Source: Octopus sinensis
Lineage: Eukaryota
Direction of reading: 5' to 3'
Assembly: GCF_006345805.1 (NCBI RefSeq)
Contig: NC_043008.1
Span: forward strand, 58,776,001-58,840,000
DNA length: 64,000 bases
Positions 1 through 11,900 of this stretch are shown here, piece after piece. A program made the translations under genes and the position numbers. Every line of letters begins with the position of its first letter. The stretch's first letter is position 1. A model generated the notes under the pieces. That model was not told the origin of the DNA. It ran no database searches and saw only the letters and a program-made list of their open reading frames with translations.

Positions 1-312
1 TATTTTGAAATATTCCTTAAACATCTCTAAAATAAAAATAAAAATAAAAAAAGTTACAGGGCAATGTAAGCTAACACGTAAAGTAAGTAAGTACCCCTTA
101 GACAAATATTTAACTCTAAAATATACGCTAAAAATTGCAGCCAAACCTCTCCCAATTTATTTCTTGCATTCTTTAAAGGGAATGTCCACATTGAAAAAAG
201 TTGACACGGAAGGAATGCTTTTGATCATAGGTCTGCTCAACCGGAGGTGGCATGAGTTGAGAAAAGGATAGTGAAAAAGTGTAATGAAATAACTTTATTC
301 TTTATTGGATTC

Positions 313-506
313 AAATTTTGGCACAAAGCCAGGAATTTCAGGGAAGGCGCTCAGTCGATTACATCGACTCCAGTTATCAACAGGTACTTATTTTATCGAC
401 CTCTAACGGATGAAAAGGCAAAGTCGACCTTAGCAGAAGTTTACCCCAGAACGTAAAAACGGACAAAATACCCCTATTCTAACTGTTCTGACAGCTCACC
501 ATCCTA
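313..506 (-). mobile_element. Family-A tRNA-head/CORE-like SINE, degenerate copy
   Basis: Reverse complement contains the family body (gtcgactttgccttttcatcc...gtcgataaaataagtacc) seen in many copies in this window. Confidence 0.7.
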
Positions 507-1889
507 GAATATTTGGTCCGGCATGGTAACGATTCCTCTAGCTGGCCGTCTACTTTAGTATATATTAAGATGTTCAGTTTTCTAGGGATTAACCTTCTAC
601 TTTTAATGTTTGCTATAATATTTATCTTTTGAAGTCAACTTCCCGCCTATGTTCTCGAAAACAAGTCAATAACATGCACGTAGATATATTTCCTTTTTGT
701 ACTGGTTTCTAGTAATATAAAAGTGGCAAGACTGATAGACTTCAGAATAAATGTCATAGAGTACTTAGTTATGTCATTCTGTTTGTTAATGAAAATTTTG
801 ATTTTGTCATTGCCCTATGATCAATGTCTCCGTCCACAAAATCACCAGTAGAAAAATTTCTGTGTGAGGGTAAACATGTCAAAATGGAATACACATAATA
901 TGGTTCTAAATATACGATGCTTGAAAACAAACTTAAATAATAAATAGATAAATAAATAAGTGAATAAATAAACAAGCTTAATCACGACTAGGTTTACCTT
1001 TGATTCCATTTTATGGCTATAGGATTAGTGTTTTTCATTTCCTCATGAAACCTTTTGATACCAACCAATCTGAGACCGTTCTTGATCTTATGGCACAAAC
1101 TTTGCTTCAAAAGTGATTTAGACTAAAATCTTCCATTAAAATGTCATATAAATTTAAGATCCAAGATAACAGTTAAGTAATGATTATGCTGCGTTTCCTA
1201 AATTCTTCATCATTTTCAAAATCTATTAGTAGCATGACAATATATTTCGACAGAAATATGGTTGTGAAATGATTGAAGTTCACAGCCGTGGATTTAATAA
1301 ATGGTTCGGTTCAAAATTATGAGAAGAGTTACCTAATATGCCAGTCAAAAGAAAGTCAATGTTTATAACAGCTGGAACGCTGTTATAACAACCACGATGA
1401 AAACTCTAGACGGATTATATCGGTGTTTAATAATAATCATTTCCATCTCAGGCACCATACCGGAAAATTGTGGCCAGTTTTATTCCAGTAAATCCCACCT
1501 AGATTACTATATCGACCTGAGAAGGATGGAAAGCAAAGATTAAGTCTGCAGGATTTGAATTCAAAACATAAAGAGCTCCAGGGAATAGTCTACGTCTAAT
1601 GTCTCAGTACCTTACAAGCACTTTATTTTATCGATTCCGTGAAGCTGAGAAAGGACAAATCGACCTGGGTCGATATAACAATAACAAAACTAAATCAGCC
1701 TCAACAATAAGAACAACGATAATGATAATGCTTCTCAGATAATTCCTGCTGCTGTAAAATATGATTACAAACATATATATAATTATATATTTTATTGCTT
1801 CAGATAGTAAAAGTTTATAGTTGGAAAGTATTTAATGAAAGTAATTAATGGTTAGTCAGACAAAATCATAATTAATTATGACAGAATTA

Positions 1890-2420
1890 TTTTTGGGATC
1901 TTTTCGGTTTTTTAAAATAATTTCCACGTAACTAAACACTTTTAAACTTCGTATACTTGTAGAATGTGTTTATAAAACATCTTTTTCTCTTGGCTTTATT
2001 GAGAAAATTCTATAGTTTGTAAGATATTTGTTGTTTTTTTTTCTTCAATTCTTTCTTCTTCAATTTCAAACCAATCAATGACGTCTATTGAGGTGAAAAC
2101 ATTCTGTGCCGTATGAATATGTCCCTCGTTTAAGATTGGGTTTATTTACATTTCTGAAGAAAAAAGATACCCTTCCCCCACCCCTAACCCTAACTAACCC
2201 TAAATCTAAAACAGATTGAAATGCAATAGATCGATACTAGGGTCATAATAATGGGTGACAATTTCATATGACACCGCTCGAAAAAACTGCCGTTCAAACC
2301 GAAAAAATCCGTATTTTTGTATTTCTATTTTTCTTTTCGCGGAGAAAATGACGAATTTCGGCTGAAGGTAATTTTTGGGTATATCCGTCTTTCTACTGCC
2401 GCTGCGGTAATTGAACAATG
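1890..2420. mobile_element. Relic related to the foldback element at 44057/47692, with a short CCCTAA tract
   Basis: gtaactaaacacttttaaacttcg...gtagaatg...taaaacatc...ccaatcaatgacgt matches the arm of 44057-44724; ccctaaccctaactaaccctaa at ~2181-2203. Confidence 0.5.
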
Positions 2421-2729
2421 GATTTCAATATACAATAATATCTTTAATAGGAAAAGAAAGAAATAAAGCAATCAATAAAAAATTAGATTAAACTTAAAAC
2501 GAAATATGATTGTAATTACTATTATCATGACGATTTTCGATGTTTTAGATACCATGTATTTCCTATTAGAAATAGTTTTATATAATTTCATTTGTTTTAT
2601 ATCATTATATTAAAGTGGCTCAAATCTACACAGACGCACACGCACGCACATACATAGAGACACACACATACATACACACACGTGTTCACATACATGTGTT
2701 GATCAACAGACTTCTGTAGAATAATAGGT

Positions 2730-3260
2730 CCAACAACACATTTGCAGGGCAAGCCAACCCACACTGTTACTCCAGGTTAATTGAGCTGTTTCTCAATCGG
2801 GCCTTTAGGGTTTTCAGTTGCGTAGTACACGCACTTGTGCCGATTAAAGGTGTCCGATAGCTTAAAGCTTGCTTCATCGGACCACACGCACTTTCGCAGA
2901 AAGCTGTCACCTTCTCCTTCCGCGTTCAGGATGGTTTCCCATAATTGTAAACGCCGATCTGAGTCATCCTCCAATAAACCACGTACATTTTCAGTCCAAC
3001 GTGGTGCATCAAGCGACCGAAAGATCTGCGTTCAATGCTCAATTCAGATGACGTCCTGTGTTTTGATTTCTGAGTCATGGTGACTCGTCGACCAATCATT
3101 CCCGAGTTGTGAATAGACGCCGTTCGAGCAAATTTGTTACGTATGCAGTAAATCGTTAGCCTCCAGGGTACAAGCGATGCAAATATTTTTCGCTGCTGCT
3201 CTTGCACACGTTCACTATACTCTGTCTTCCATACCGTTTCAAAATCCCTTTGCATTCCTC
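2730..3260 (-). mobile_element. Tc1/mariner transposase relic (N-terminal region to first catalytic D; rosa/DD41D-like)
   Basis: Minus-strand translation ...EDDSDRRLQLWE...CVWSDEASFKLSDTFNRHKCVYYATENP...LN*PGVTVWVG matches the WSDEA..F.L.G.VN..N..YW...NP motif; contains frameshifts and stops. Confidence 0.8.
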
Positions 3261-3477
3261 TATTAAATTATAAGCTATCGTTAAATTTTCCATTTACCTG
3301 CAAATAACAGATGTGTTATAGAAAAAATTGTGACGATAGAAATATTATAAATAGTAATGATGATCTTAATGAATTAAATGAATTCTAGTATTAAATTAAT
3401 CTTAGCACTCTTATTATATAATACTATTATAATGCTCACTGTATGCCTACTTCAGCAGTCCCCTGTATACCCTGCCT

Positions 3478-3822
3478 AACCAACCACATGGTTCCGGGTT
3501 CAGTCCCACTGCGTGGCATCTTGGGCAAGTGTCTTTATATACCCCGGGCCGACCATGCCTTGTGAGTGGATTTGGTAGACGGAACTGAAAGAAGCCTGTC
3601 TAGTATATGTATTTATATATGTGGGGGGGGTGTTTGTATTGTCCCCCTAGCATTGCTTGTCAACCGATGCTGTGTGTTTTACGTCTCCGTCACTTAGCGG
3701 TTCGTCAAAAAAAATCTGATAGAATATTACTGGGCTTACAAAGATAAGTCCCGGGGTCGATTTGATCGACTAAAGCTGCTCCAGCATGGCCGCAGTCAAA
3801 TGACTGAAACAGTAAAAGAGTA
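3478..3822 (+). mobile_element. Family-B tRNA-derived SINE with internal microsatellite
   Basis: caaccacatggttccgggttcagtcccactgcgtggc head and ctccagcatggccgcagtcaaatgactgaaac tail; homologous copies at 4331, 34219, 36745 and 54590. Confidence 0.8.
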
Positions 3823-3839
3823 ATAGTAATATATATATA

Positions 3840-4019
3840 CATTCGCCAGGATATATCGCTAGCCACTACACATTCTTTATTTTCTCTCTTTGTTTTCTTT
3901 CTGTGGAAGAGCGTAGGCGCGAAACGTTAAAGACTTCTCCACTTTTCCGAGCGTTATACTATACATCTGTTGTTGTCTACACCACCTCTCTTCGTCTTTC
4001 GTTTTCTTCTTGTGATTCT

Positions 4020-4022
<3 letters not shown>
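3840..4022. mobile_element. Penelope-like terminal-repeat fragment between (TA)n tracts
   Basis: gtggaagagcgtaggcgcgaaacgttaaagac motif; inverted homologue at 45232-45400; family assignment from recall of Penelope-like (PLE) pseudo-LTR motifs. Confidence 0.55.

Positions 4023-4084
<62 letters not shown>
4023..4084. repeat. (TA)n microsatellite
   Basis: Pure TA run of about 60 bp. Confidence 0.98.
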
Positions 4085-4085
<1 letters not shown>

Positions 4086-4330
4086 ACTAGAAAAGTGTTA
4101 CAAAGAAAAGGGATGTCTTTACAGATTTGACATTGTCATCTTTGTCAATTGAAGCAATCAGAAGCCGAAAATTCCTGCCACACTCTGCTTGTAAATACTT
4201 GAGGAATATGTAACTTGCTAACAGCTATTGAGTAGTCCTGCAAAAGATAAGATGCTACTTCTATATAACTTGAAAGGAAAAAGGAACATTAATATATATG
4301 TGTGTGTGCGTGTGTGTGTGTTTGGGTCTC

Positions 4331-4695
4331 TGTGTGTATGTATATATATTCTCTTACTTGTTTCAGTCGTTTGACTGCGGCCTGGTACTTATTCTATCGT
4401 TCTCTTTTTGCCGAGCAGAGAGGTAAACACACTAACACTGTTGTCAAGCGATGGTGGGGAAAGAAACGCAAACACACAAATACATATACATGCATACACA
4501 CACACACATTATATATATATATATATATATACACGACGGGCTGCTTTCAGTTTCTGTCTACCAAATCCACTCACTTCAACTATAATCCGAAGCTATAGTA
4601 GAATAGATTTGTGCAAGGTGCCACGCAATGGGATTGAATCCGGAACCATGTAATTAAGAAGGAAGCTTTTTACCACACAGCGAAACCTGCCCCTA
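4331..4695 (-). mobile_element. Family-B SINE
   Basis: Reverse-complement homology to 3478-3822 (gtttcagtcgtttgactgcggcc...ggaaccatgt) with internal CA/TA microsatellite. Confidence 0.75.
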
Positions 4696-5099
4696 TACAT
4701 ATATATATACATATATGTGTATATGTGGGTGTATGTATACACATACACATTTACATATTTGTATTCTGGGTGTACGTATCATATAAATACTTATCATGCG
4801 CATATGTGTGTGTGTGTGTGTTTATGTATATATAACATATGCGTGCCTGCAGTCCTACGTAATTCAATTATATGTAATAGATGGTGATATAATTGTATCA
4901 AAGATAAATAAAAACTCGTTTATGTTTCAAAACGTTTCGTTTACTACAAAACAAGAACCAAGAACTTACAAAAGTAGGAATACAGAAGAGAAAAACAAAT
5001 CAATATTTTATTAGAAACATATTAAACATATTTCGTAAAAAAACTGCTTATCAATGTAAAAATATATAATAAAAGAAATAAATTCAATATATAATAAAT

Positions 5100-5386
5100 G
5101 TGGAGGCGCAATGGCCCAGTGGTTAGGGCAGCTGACTCGCGGTTTAGATTCCCAGACCGGGTGTTGTGTGTGTTTATTGAGCGAAAACACCTAAAAGCTC
5201 CACTACGCTCCGGCAGGGGGCAGTGATCCCTGCTGTACTCTTTCACCACTCTTTCTCTCACTCTTTCGTCTGTAGGCCTGCTCGCTTAGCCAGCGGGGGT
5301 GGCGTCATTCGAAGGCTAAAACAATGCGAACGCATTGTGACCAGCGATGTGTAGCAACATCTGATGGTCTGGTCGGTCACGTGATA
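5100..5386 (+). mobile_element. Family-C tRNA-derived SINE ending in a cacgtgat tail
   Basis: ggaggcgcaatggcccagtggttagggcagc A-box head; tail ggcctgctcgcttagccagc...ggtcacgtgat also occurs inverted at 17377-17500. Confidence 0.8.
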
Positions 5387-5555
5387 TAATAAATAAAATG
5401 AGAAATATATGTCATAGAAAGAATACGTTGGCCAAGGCATTTTGCAGAACAAAGAACTGCGTTGTCGAAGTGTTTTTAGTTTCTGAGACAACAAATTCAT
5501 CGAGTCTTATACTGCGAGAAACCGTATTGTTGTCGTAGCAATTCGTCTAGGTTCC

Positions 5556-6044
5556 CGAGGGCGCGTGGCTTAGTGGTTAGGGCTTTCGGCTCATGATTGT
5601 AAGGTTGTGAGTTCGATTCCCGGCGATGCGGTGTGTCCTTGAGCAAACACATTAGTTCACGTTGCTCCAGTCCACTCAGCTGGCAAAAATGAGAAGTACC
5701 TGTGTTTCAAAAGGGCCAGTCTTGTCACACTCTGTGTCACGCTGAATCTTCTTGCGAACTACGTTAAGGGTACACGTGTCTGTGTAGAGCTCAGCCACTT
5801 GAACATTATTTAAGGCGGCGAGCAGGCAGAAACGTTAACACGCCGAGCGAAATGCCTAGCGGTGTTTCGTCTGCGGTTACGTTCTGAGTTCAAATTCTGC
5901 CGAGGTCGACTTTGCCTTTTATTATTTCGGGGTCGATTAAATAAGTACCAGTAAATCACTGGGGTCGATATAATTGACTTAATCTCCTTGTCTGTCCTTG
6001 TTTGTCCCCGCTATGTTTAGCCCCCTGAGGGTAATAAAGAAATA
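5556..6044 (+). mobile_element. Composite of two different SINEs (family-D head and body plus a full family-A copy) inside one TSD
   Basis: aattcgtctaggttcc at 5540-5555 and 6045-6060; ggcgcgtggcttagtggttaggg head near 5560; ggcggcgagcaggcagaaacg head near 5813. Confidence 0.8.
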
Positions 6045-6334
6045 AATTCGTCTAGGTTCCTTTTACATTTGTACCTGTCAGAAAAAAAGGGTTTATCATG
6101 CAACAAGCATTAGTTAAGTGAATCACCTATTGATACCTTGCCATCGCTAAAGAAAACGCCTGCTGCCCAATCAGAGACTGCCAAAATTTATAACACAAAT
6201 CATTCATTGCTTTAACTAATATTTCCTAAAATTTGTAAGGCTTTCCACTCCACCTACTTGAAGAATTCCTACCTTATTTTGCACATATACATTTATGTAT
6301 TAATATTGCCTGTGCGTACATAATAATGCACGTG

Positions 6335-6750
6335 ATAGCTGGAAGTGTCGTTACAAAATGCTTAGCGGCATTTCGTCCGTCATTAAGTTCTGGGTTTAAA
6401 TTCCGCCGATGTTGACTGTACCATTCATCCTTTTAGGGTCGATAAAATAATACCAGTTGAGTACTAGGATCGATGTTATCGACAGTATCAGGACACTTAC
6501 TCGTCGAGAACAATTACACCCCGATAAGATAATTCCTCCCGACGACAACTACCTCCTAAGACAATTACCCACCTTGGTTAATTAGCCCCTCTCAAAGGAG
6601 ATTTAAATCATCATCTGTTGCCTGCAAGAGCAATTGTCCTTGGGGGGTGTTTATTGTCCATGAGGGGTAAATGTCCTAGACTCGTAATCGATTTACCCCT
6701 GACCAGAATCTACTCGCCCTGTGCCAAAATCTGAGAGTAATAATTTCATT
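6335..6750 (+). mobile_element. Family-A SINE interrupted by a small inverted-repeat element (~6484-6685)
   Basis: SINE body stops at gatgttatcga and resumes at aatcgatttacccc; the insert has ggacacttac/gacaattaccc repeats mirrored by ggggtaaatgtcc. Confidence 0.6.
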
Positions 6751-6820
6751 GCATACAAATGTTTGTGTGCTGATATATGTACTTATATGTACACATACAC
6801 ATATACATAGACATATACAT

Positions 6821-6869
<49 letters not shown>

Positions 6870-6889
6870 ATTCTCCTTTTCGGTGAAAC

Positions 6890-7002
6890 ATTTCAAACTG
6901 TTGTTCATATTAATTTTATGTGTGTAAGATGTATGTATGTATGTATGTATGTATGTATGTATGTATGTATGTATGTATGTATGATGCATGTATGTATGTA
7001 AG

Positions 7003-7032
<30 letters not shown>
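6890..7032. repeat. (TATG)n microsatellite
   Basis: Repeated gtat/tatg units. Confidence 0.9.
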
Positions 7033-7033
<1 letters not shown>

Positions 7034-7498
7034 AATTTTAAAATAATAAGGGTGAAAAATTGAATATTAATTTGATTAATATCAATTTAAAACCAGTGGT
7101 CTAGCATATTAAAATCTGAAAATACAGAAAAATTATATTACATACATATAAGAGGGATGACCACTATCTGGACATCCATATGCTAGAAGTAGGTCTGCTA
7201 TAACCCCAAGTGTAATTGGTAGAACTGTATACAGGTTCAATCATGCGGACGTCTCATGTATAGTTCTCCAAATTATATTTGCAAAGACAATCACATTGAC
7301 GAACTACAGACAGTTACTTAAGTAATTACGTAAGTGGTAATACCGAAACTAGATTGTGATTAATCTGTATTTTGTTTGTCTTGCTCGCTTACGTTCTGCC
7401 GTTTGCTAAAATTTTCTTGAGAACATACTTTTCTTAGTGGTAAGACATTAGCGAATCTACTTCTAGCATATGAATGCCTACGTAGTGGTCATCCCTCT

Positions 7499-7500
<2 letters not shown>
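7030..7500. mobile_element. Penelope-like fragment with an inverted partial terminal repeat
   Basis: 44-bp imperfect inverted repeat at 7149-7192 and 7457-7500; homology to 45945-46165 (gtgaaaaattga.attaattt; accactat.tgga). Confidence 0.5.
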
Positions 7501-7544
<44 letters not shown>

Positions 7545-8084
7545 CGACTGTTAGATATAGATATAGTTTTAACAAAGTTCAGCTATATGGTATATTACAC
7601 TTCATGAAACATATCTACACTCGTTTTACTGTTAGGATTACATAGTCGTTTGCTGAAACATAAAATCGTGTTCATCTACCGCTTCAGTAATTAGCATAAG
7701 ATAAAAAGAATTGCGTTCAATGCTCCACGTATGTTTTCGATATGCAAATTATACCTCAGTGAAATGACGGATGCATATATATTCATGAATTATGTACATG
7801 CATTTATATATATTCATGTTTGTGTGTGTATGTATGTGTGTGTGCATGGAAGTACGGGTTTGTATGTTTGTGGATGTATACAAATCATTGTTCTTCAATG
7901 CATTTATCTATACATAAAAATATTGACTTATCCCATGAATAATAGGTTTTTTTTCGAGCGCATGAACTAAAAGTCGGAGGGGGACGGGATAAACTACCTG
8001 CATCAACTTGGTATAAAACTAAGTATGTTATTCTTAGTACAAGTTTTGAAGAGTGCAATTCGATTTTAACAGTTATTTTTTCAA

Positions 8085-8580
8085 AGATATAACGGAATTG
8101 ACAAAGTAGCATATCAGCATATTGTGCTTTATGAGTTAATAAAGGTAACAACCCAACGGCAAGTGCGAGGAATATTAATGCAGAATATGGGGATTGGACA
8201 ATAACCCTAAGCTAGTGTCAACAGTGGTTCCAGAAATTCCGAGCCGGAATCTATAGCCTAGGAGATGAGCCTCGTCCTGGAGGATCTGCAGAGCTCGACG
8301 AGGACATCCTGCAAACCGTAGTGGAACAAAATGCCCTGCTAACTGTTGGGCAACTAGCAGAGAAGCTTGGATTTGGTTATTCAACCAGTCATTTAAGTTA
8401 GCGCTAGAAGAAAAACAACTGTCTTTGGTCTCAAGACTATAGGTGTTCTTCCATCAGGATAAAGGTCGGCCATATACGGCGAGGATGACATACCAAAGGC
8501 TGTGCAATTTGAATGGGAAACGATGCCCCACACACCATATTCGCCGGACATTGCCCCACTTGATTATCATTTATTCCGTA
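8085..8580 (+). mobile_element. Internally deleted mariner (Mos1-like) transposase relic
   Basis: Translates to ...ARNINAEYGDWTITLS*CQQWFQKFRAGIYSLGDEPRPG...LDEDILQTVVEQN...LAEKLGFGYST, then after a deletion FHQDKGRPYTAR...FEWETMPHTPYSPDIAPLDYHLF (mariner YSPDLAPSDYHLF motif). Confidence 0.9.
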
Positions 8581-8609
8581 GAAAATGAATGAGAGAATAT
8601 TTTAGATTA

Positions 8610-8694
8610 TAAAGGAACCAATATATATATATATTATATATTATATTATGATATATATATATATATATATACATATATATAATATATATTATAT

Positions 8695-8728
<34 letters not shown>

Positions 8729-8843
8729 CATATATATAACATATATTATATATAATATATACATATATATACATATATATATATATACTATATATACATA
8801 CATACATACATACATACATACATACATACATACATTACATATC

Positions 8844-8880
<37 letters not shown>

Positions 8881-8890
8881 TACATACATA
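8610..8890. repeat. Complex (TA)/(CATA) microsatellite
   Basis: Low-complexity TA/CATA array. Confidence 0.95.
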
Positions 8891-9796
8891 AGCTCACTTT
8901 CTTTCTGCTTCTTTATTTTTCTTTAAACCTGACTTCCCTTCCAAAACCCACCTTTCTTTACATGCGAAAACTTTTCCTATATTCTAATTTTTCTGCTTAT
9001 CTGGCTTTATAATAACACATCTAATATACGATATTTTCTGATCCGCTTCTTTTTGTTGTTCTTTATTTAATATCTTTTAGCGAAGAAATTTTTATCGAAT
9101 AATTTCTTTTTCGCATTTGTATCCGAAATTTTCTTTCACATTCGAAGATATTTTACATTTTCCATGACTTTTGGTATCATTAGATTATATTATATGGCTG
9201 CGGATAATTTATAAGTTACGCACCTATTTGTATGATGCATGTATACATGTCTATGCACACTCAAACACACACACACAAATGCTCAAACACATACACACAC
9301 ACGTGTGTGTGTGTGTATATGGTTGTATCGCATACCCGTAATTCTTCAGACGAAGGTTCATACATATGTGTGTATATACCTATGTATGTACTTGCTACTT
9401 AAGCGTCTGTGCATGTGTGCTTATGTGTATGCTTGTACACACATACGCACACACTTTCACTTATGGTATCCATGTACTGATGCGGTGACTGTGCAATAAC
9501 TGAAAGAAAGTTAAATACCCTGAGTATATGTAAAGTACATTTTACCTGATTTATTGCTGTTTATAGTAATTGAACGACACACGCCAGTATATAAATTTTA
9601 ATTCGAACTTTTATTAGAAATTTTGTTTTACTCTATTTTACAGTACTTAATTCTTGCCCAGTAAAATATCATATGCACATCCACACTTCCATTTCCATTT
9701 GTATATTCACGTAAAATAAAGCAATTTCAGGATATGATGTATATTTCTTCAATAACCTAGTGTCACTGGTGGTTTATTATTTATTAATAAGCCAAA

Positions 9797-11040
9797 CGCG
9801 GCAAGCGGGCAAAATAGTTAGCACGCCTCATAAAACACTTTGCGGCATTTCGTGCGTATTTACGTTCTGAGTTTAAATTCTGCTGTGGCTGACTTTCCTT
9901 TTCATCTTTTCGTGGTGGATAATTTAAGTACCTATTTCTTTATTACCCACAAGGGGCTAAACATAGAGGGGACAAACAAGGACGGACATAGGGATTAAGT
10001 CGATTACATCGACCCCAGGGCGTAACTGATACTTAATTTATCGACCCCGAAAGTGATGAAAGGCAAAGTCGACCTTGACGGAATTTGAACTCACAACGTA
10101 ACGACAGACGAAATACGGCTACGCATTTCGCCCGGCGTGCTAACGTTTCTGCCAGCTCGCCGATAATCTAAGTACCAGTGAAACACTGGGGTCGATGTAA
10201 TCGACTAGTCCACTCCCCACCCCAAATTGCCGGCCTTGTGGCTTTAATAGAAATGATTATTTATAAATAAGCTGGAGGCGGTAAGCGCGCAGAATGGCTA
10301 ATACGTCTGCTTAGCGGCATTTCGTCCATCTTTACGTTCAGCCGAGGTTGACTTAACTTTTCATCGTTTCGGGGTCGATAAATAAAATACCAGATGAACA
10401 CATGAGTCGATGCAATCGACTTATCCGTCCCCTTAGATCGATGACATTGTGCTAAAACTTATATTCTATAAATGTGCTTTAGACGGGGAATTGTCAGAGC
10501 CGTCAGCACGCCTGAGAAAATACATTGCGGCATTCCGTACATCTTCGTTCTGGGTTCGAATTCTACAGATTTCAACTTTGTCTTCATCCCTTTAGGGTTG
10601 ATAAAATAGGAGCCAGTTAGATGTAATGGACTTCCCACTCCCTTCCAAAACCGCTGGCTCTCTGACAAAATTTGAAATTATTATTTCTAAATGAGCTTAA
10701 GGCGACGAGGTGATAGCATTGTTAGCACGCGTTTTCTCAGCTTTATGCTCTGAGTTCAAATTGCGTGGGGAGTCGACTTTGGATTTCATCATTTTGGGGT
10801 CGATAGAAATAAGTTATAGCTAATTACTTTCGTCGGCGTAATTAACTAGTCCCCACACCCGCAAACATTTCTGGTGTATTCTAGATATTCTGTCTATATT
10901 ATAAAGGGTTATTTATAAAACACTTCTAAGGCGACGAGCTGAGAGGATCCTTAGCACAGAGGACAAGATACCTAGCGGCATTCTTCTAGGTCTTTTCGAT
11001 TATGAGTTAAAATTCCGTTGTGTTCAACTTTGTCTCTCAT
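9797..11040. mobile_element. Cluster of about six family-A SINEs including a nested antisense copy (9933-10162)
   Basis: Repeated ggcgagctggcagaa/gagttcaaattc/gtcgactttgcctttcatc modules; the nested copy is flanked by ataatttaagtacc (9919-9932) and ataatctaagtacc (10163-10176). Confidence 0.85.
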
Positions 11041-11349
11041 CGTTACGCGCCTGTTGAATACTTGTGGCTATGGATTCGACTGAATTTCTTCCTTTATATT
11101 TACTGGACTTCTTTCGACTGTTGTACGCGCCAAACATCTTGGGATGCATTTCGCGTTCGATGACATTCCCAGAATGTTTGAACAAATACTCTATTAAATC
11201 CCATGTTATATGCATTCCACTGTCTATAACCAGGTCTATTCTCCTCTTAACTATTCTCCCTCATGTAATAATCTAATCTTTCCGTCAGAACCAGAATACA
11301 TACACAGCCCGAGTGATCTATGAACTGAAATCACACCCAGAGAATACAA

Positions 11350-11399
<50 letters not shown>

Positions 11400-11439
11400 G
11401 GTGGGTCATAACGATGGAACACATTTTAAATGTGTTATT

Positions 11440-11900
11440 ATTTCTACAGTCAACTACACACCACATTTTGGTTCAAATTTGCCCGGCGTGCGTTTCTACT
11501 CCATAGAAAGATAGCAATTGTTTTTTGCATCCACTTACTTTCTCCTGGTTAGGATTCTATGAACATTTAAAGAATGTAGTGAAGAGATTTAGAAACCTGA
11601 TATGGATTTAAAAACTACAACCATGTTGTCGTTTATATTGTCTTATCAGATTTTCAAATCTTCCCATCACATTCTTTTCACACAAAGCTATATGAACCTA
11701 GCAAAAGAACGTTAGCTAAGCCTACATACACGTAGTTGCTCCGGACTATATCAGTGGACGGACCTTGAATGAAGTTGCATAGAATGCTAAATAGTAGAAA
11801 AGAGCTGGAAGCAAATGTAATTGCTAGTTTACTATGCGGTAGAAACGTGCGTCAGACAAATTTGAACCAAAATATGTTGTATCGTAGAAGGTAGAATTGA
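11440..11900. mobile_element. Foldback/MITE-like element with ~110-bp imperfect arms
   Basis: ttttggttcaaatttgcccggcgtgcgtttctac (~11466) is the inverted homologue of gtagaaacgtgcgtcagacaaatttgaaccaaaa (~11840-11873). Confidence 0.65.

Noticed and set aside
5100-5180. tRNA-like sequences at SINE heads
   Set aside because: A/B boxes are present but there is no complete cloverleaf, and they continue into SINE bodies; not tRNA genes
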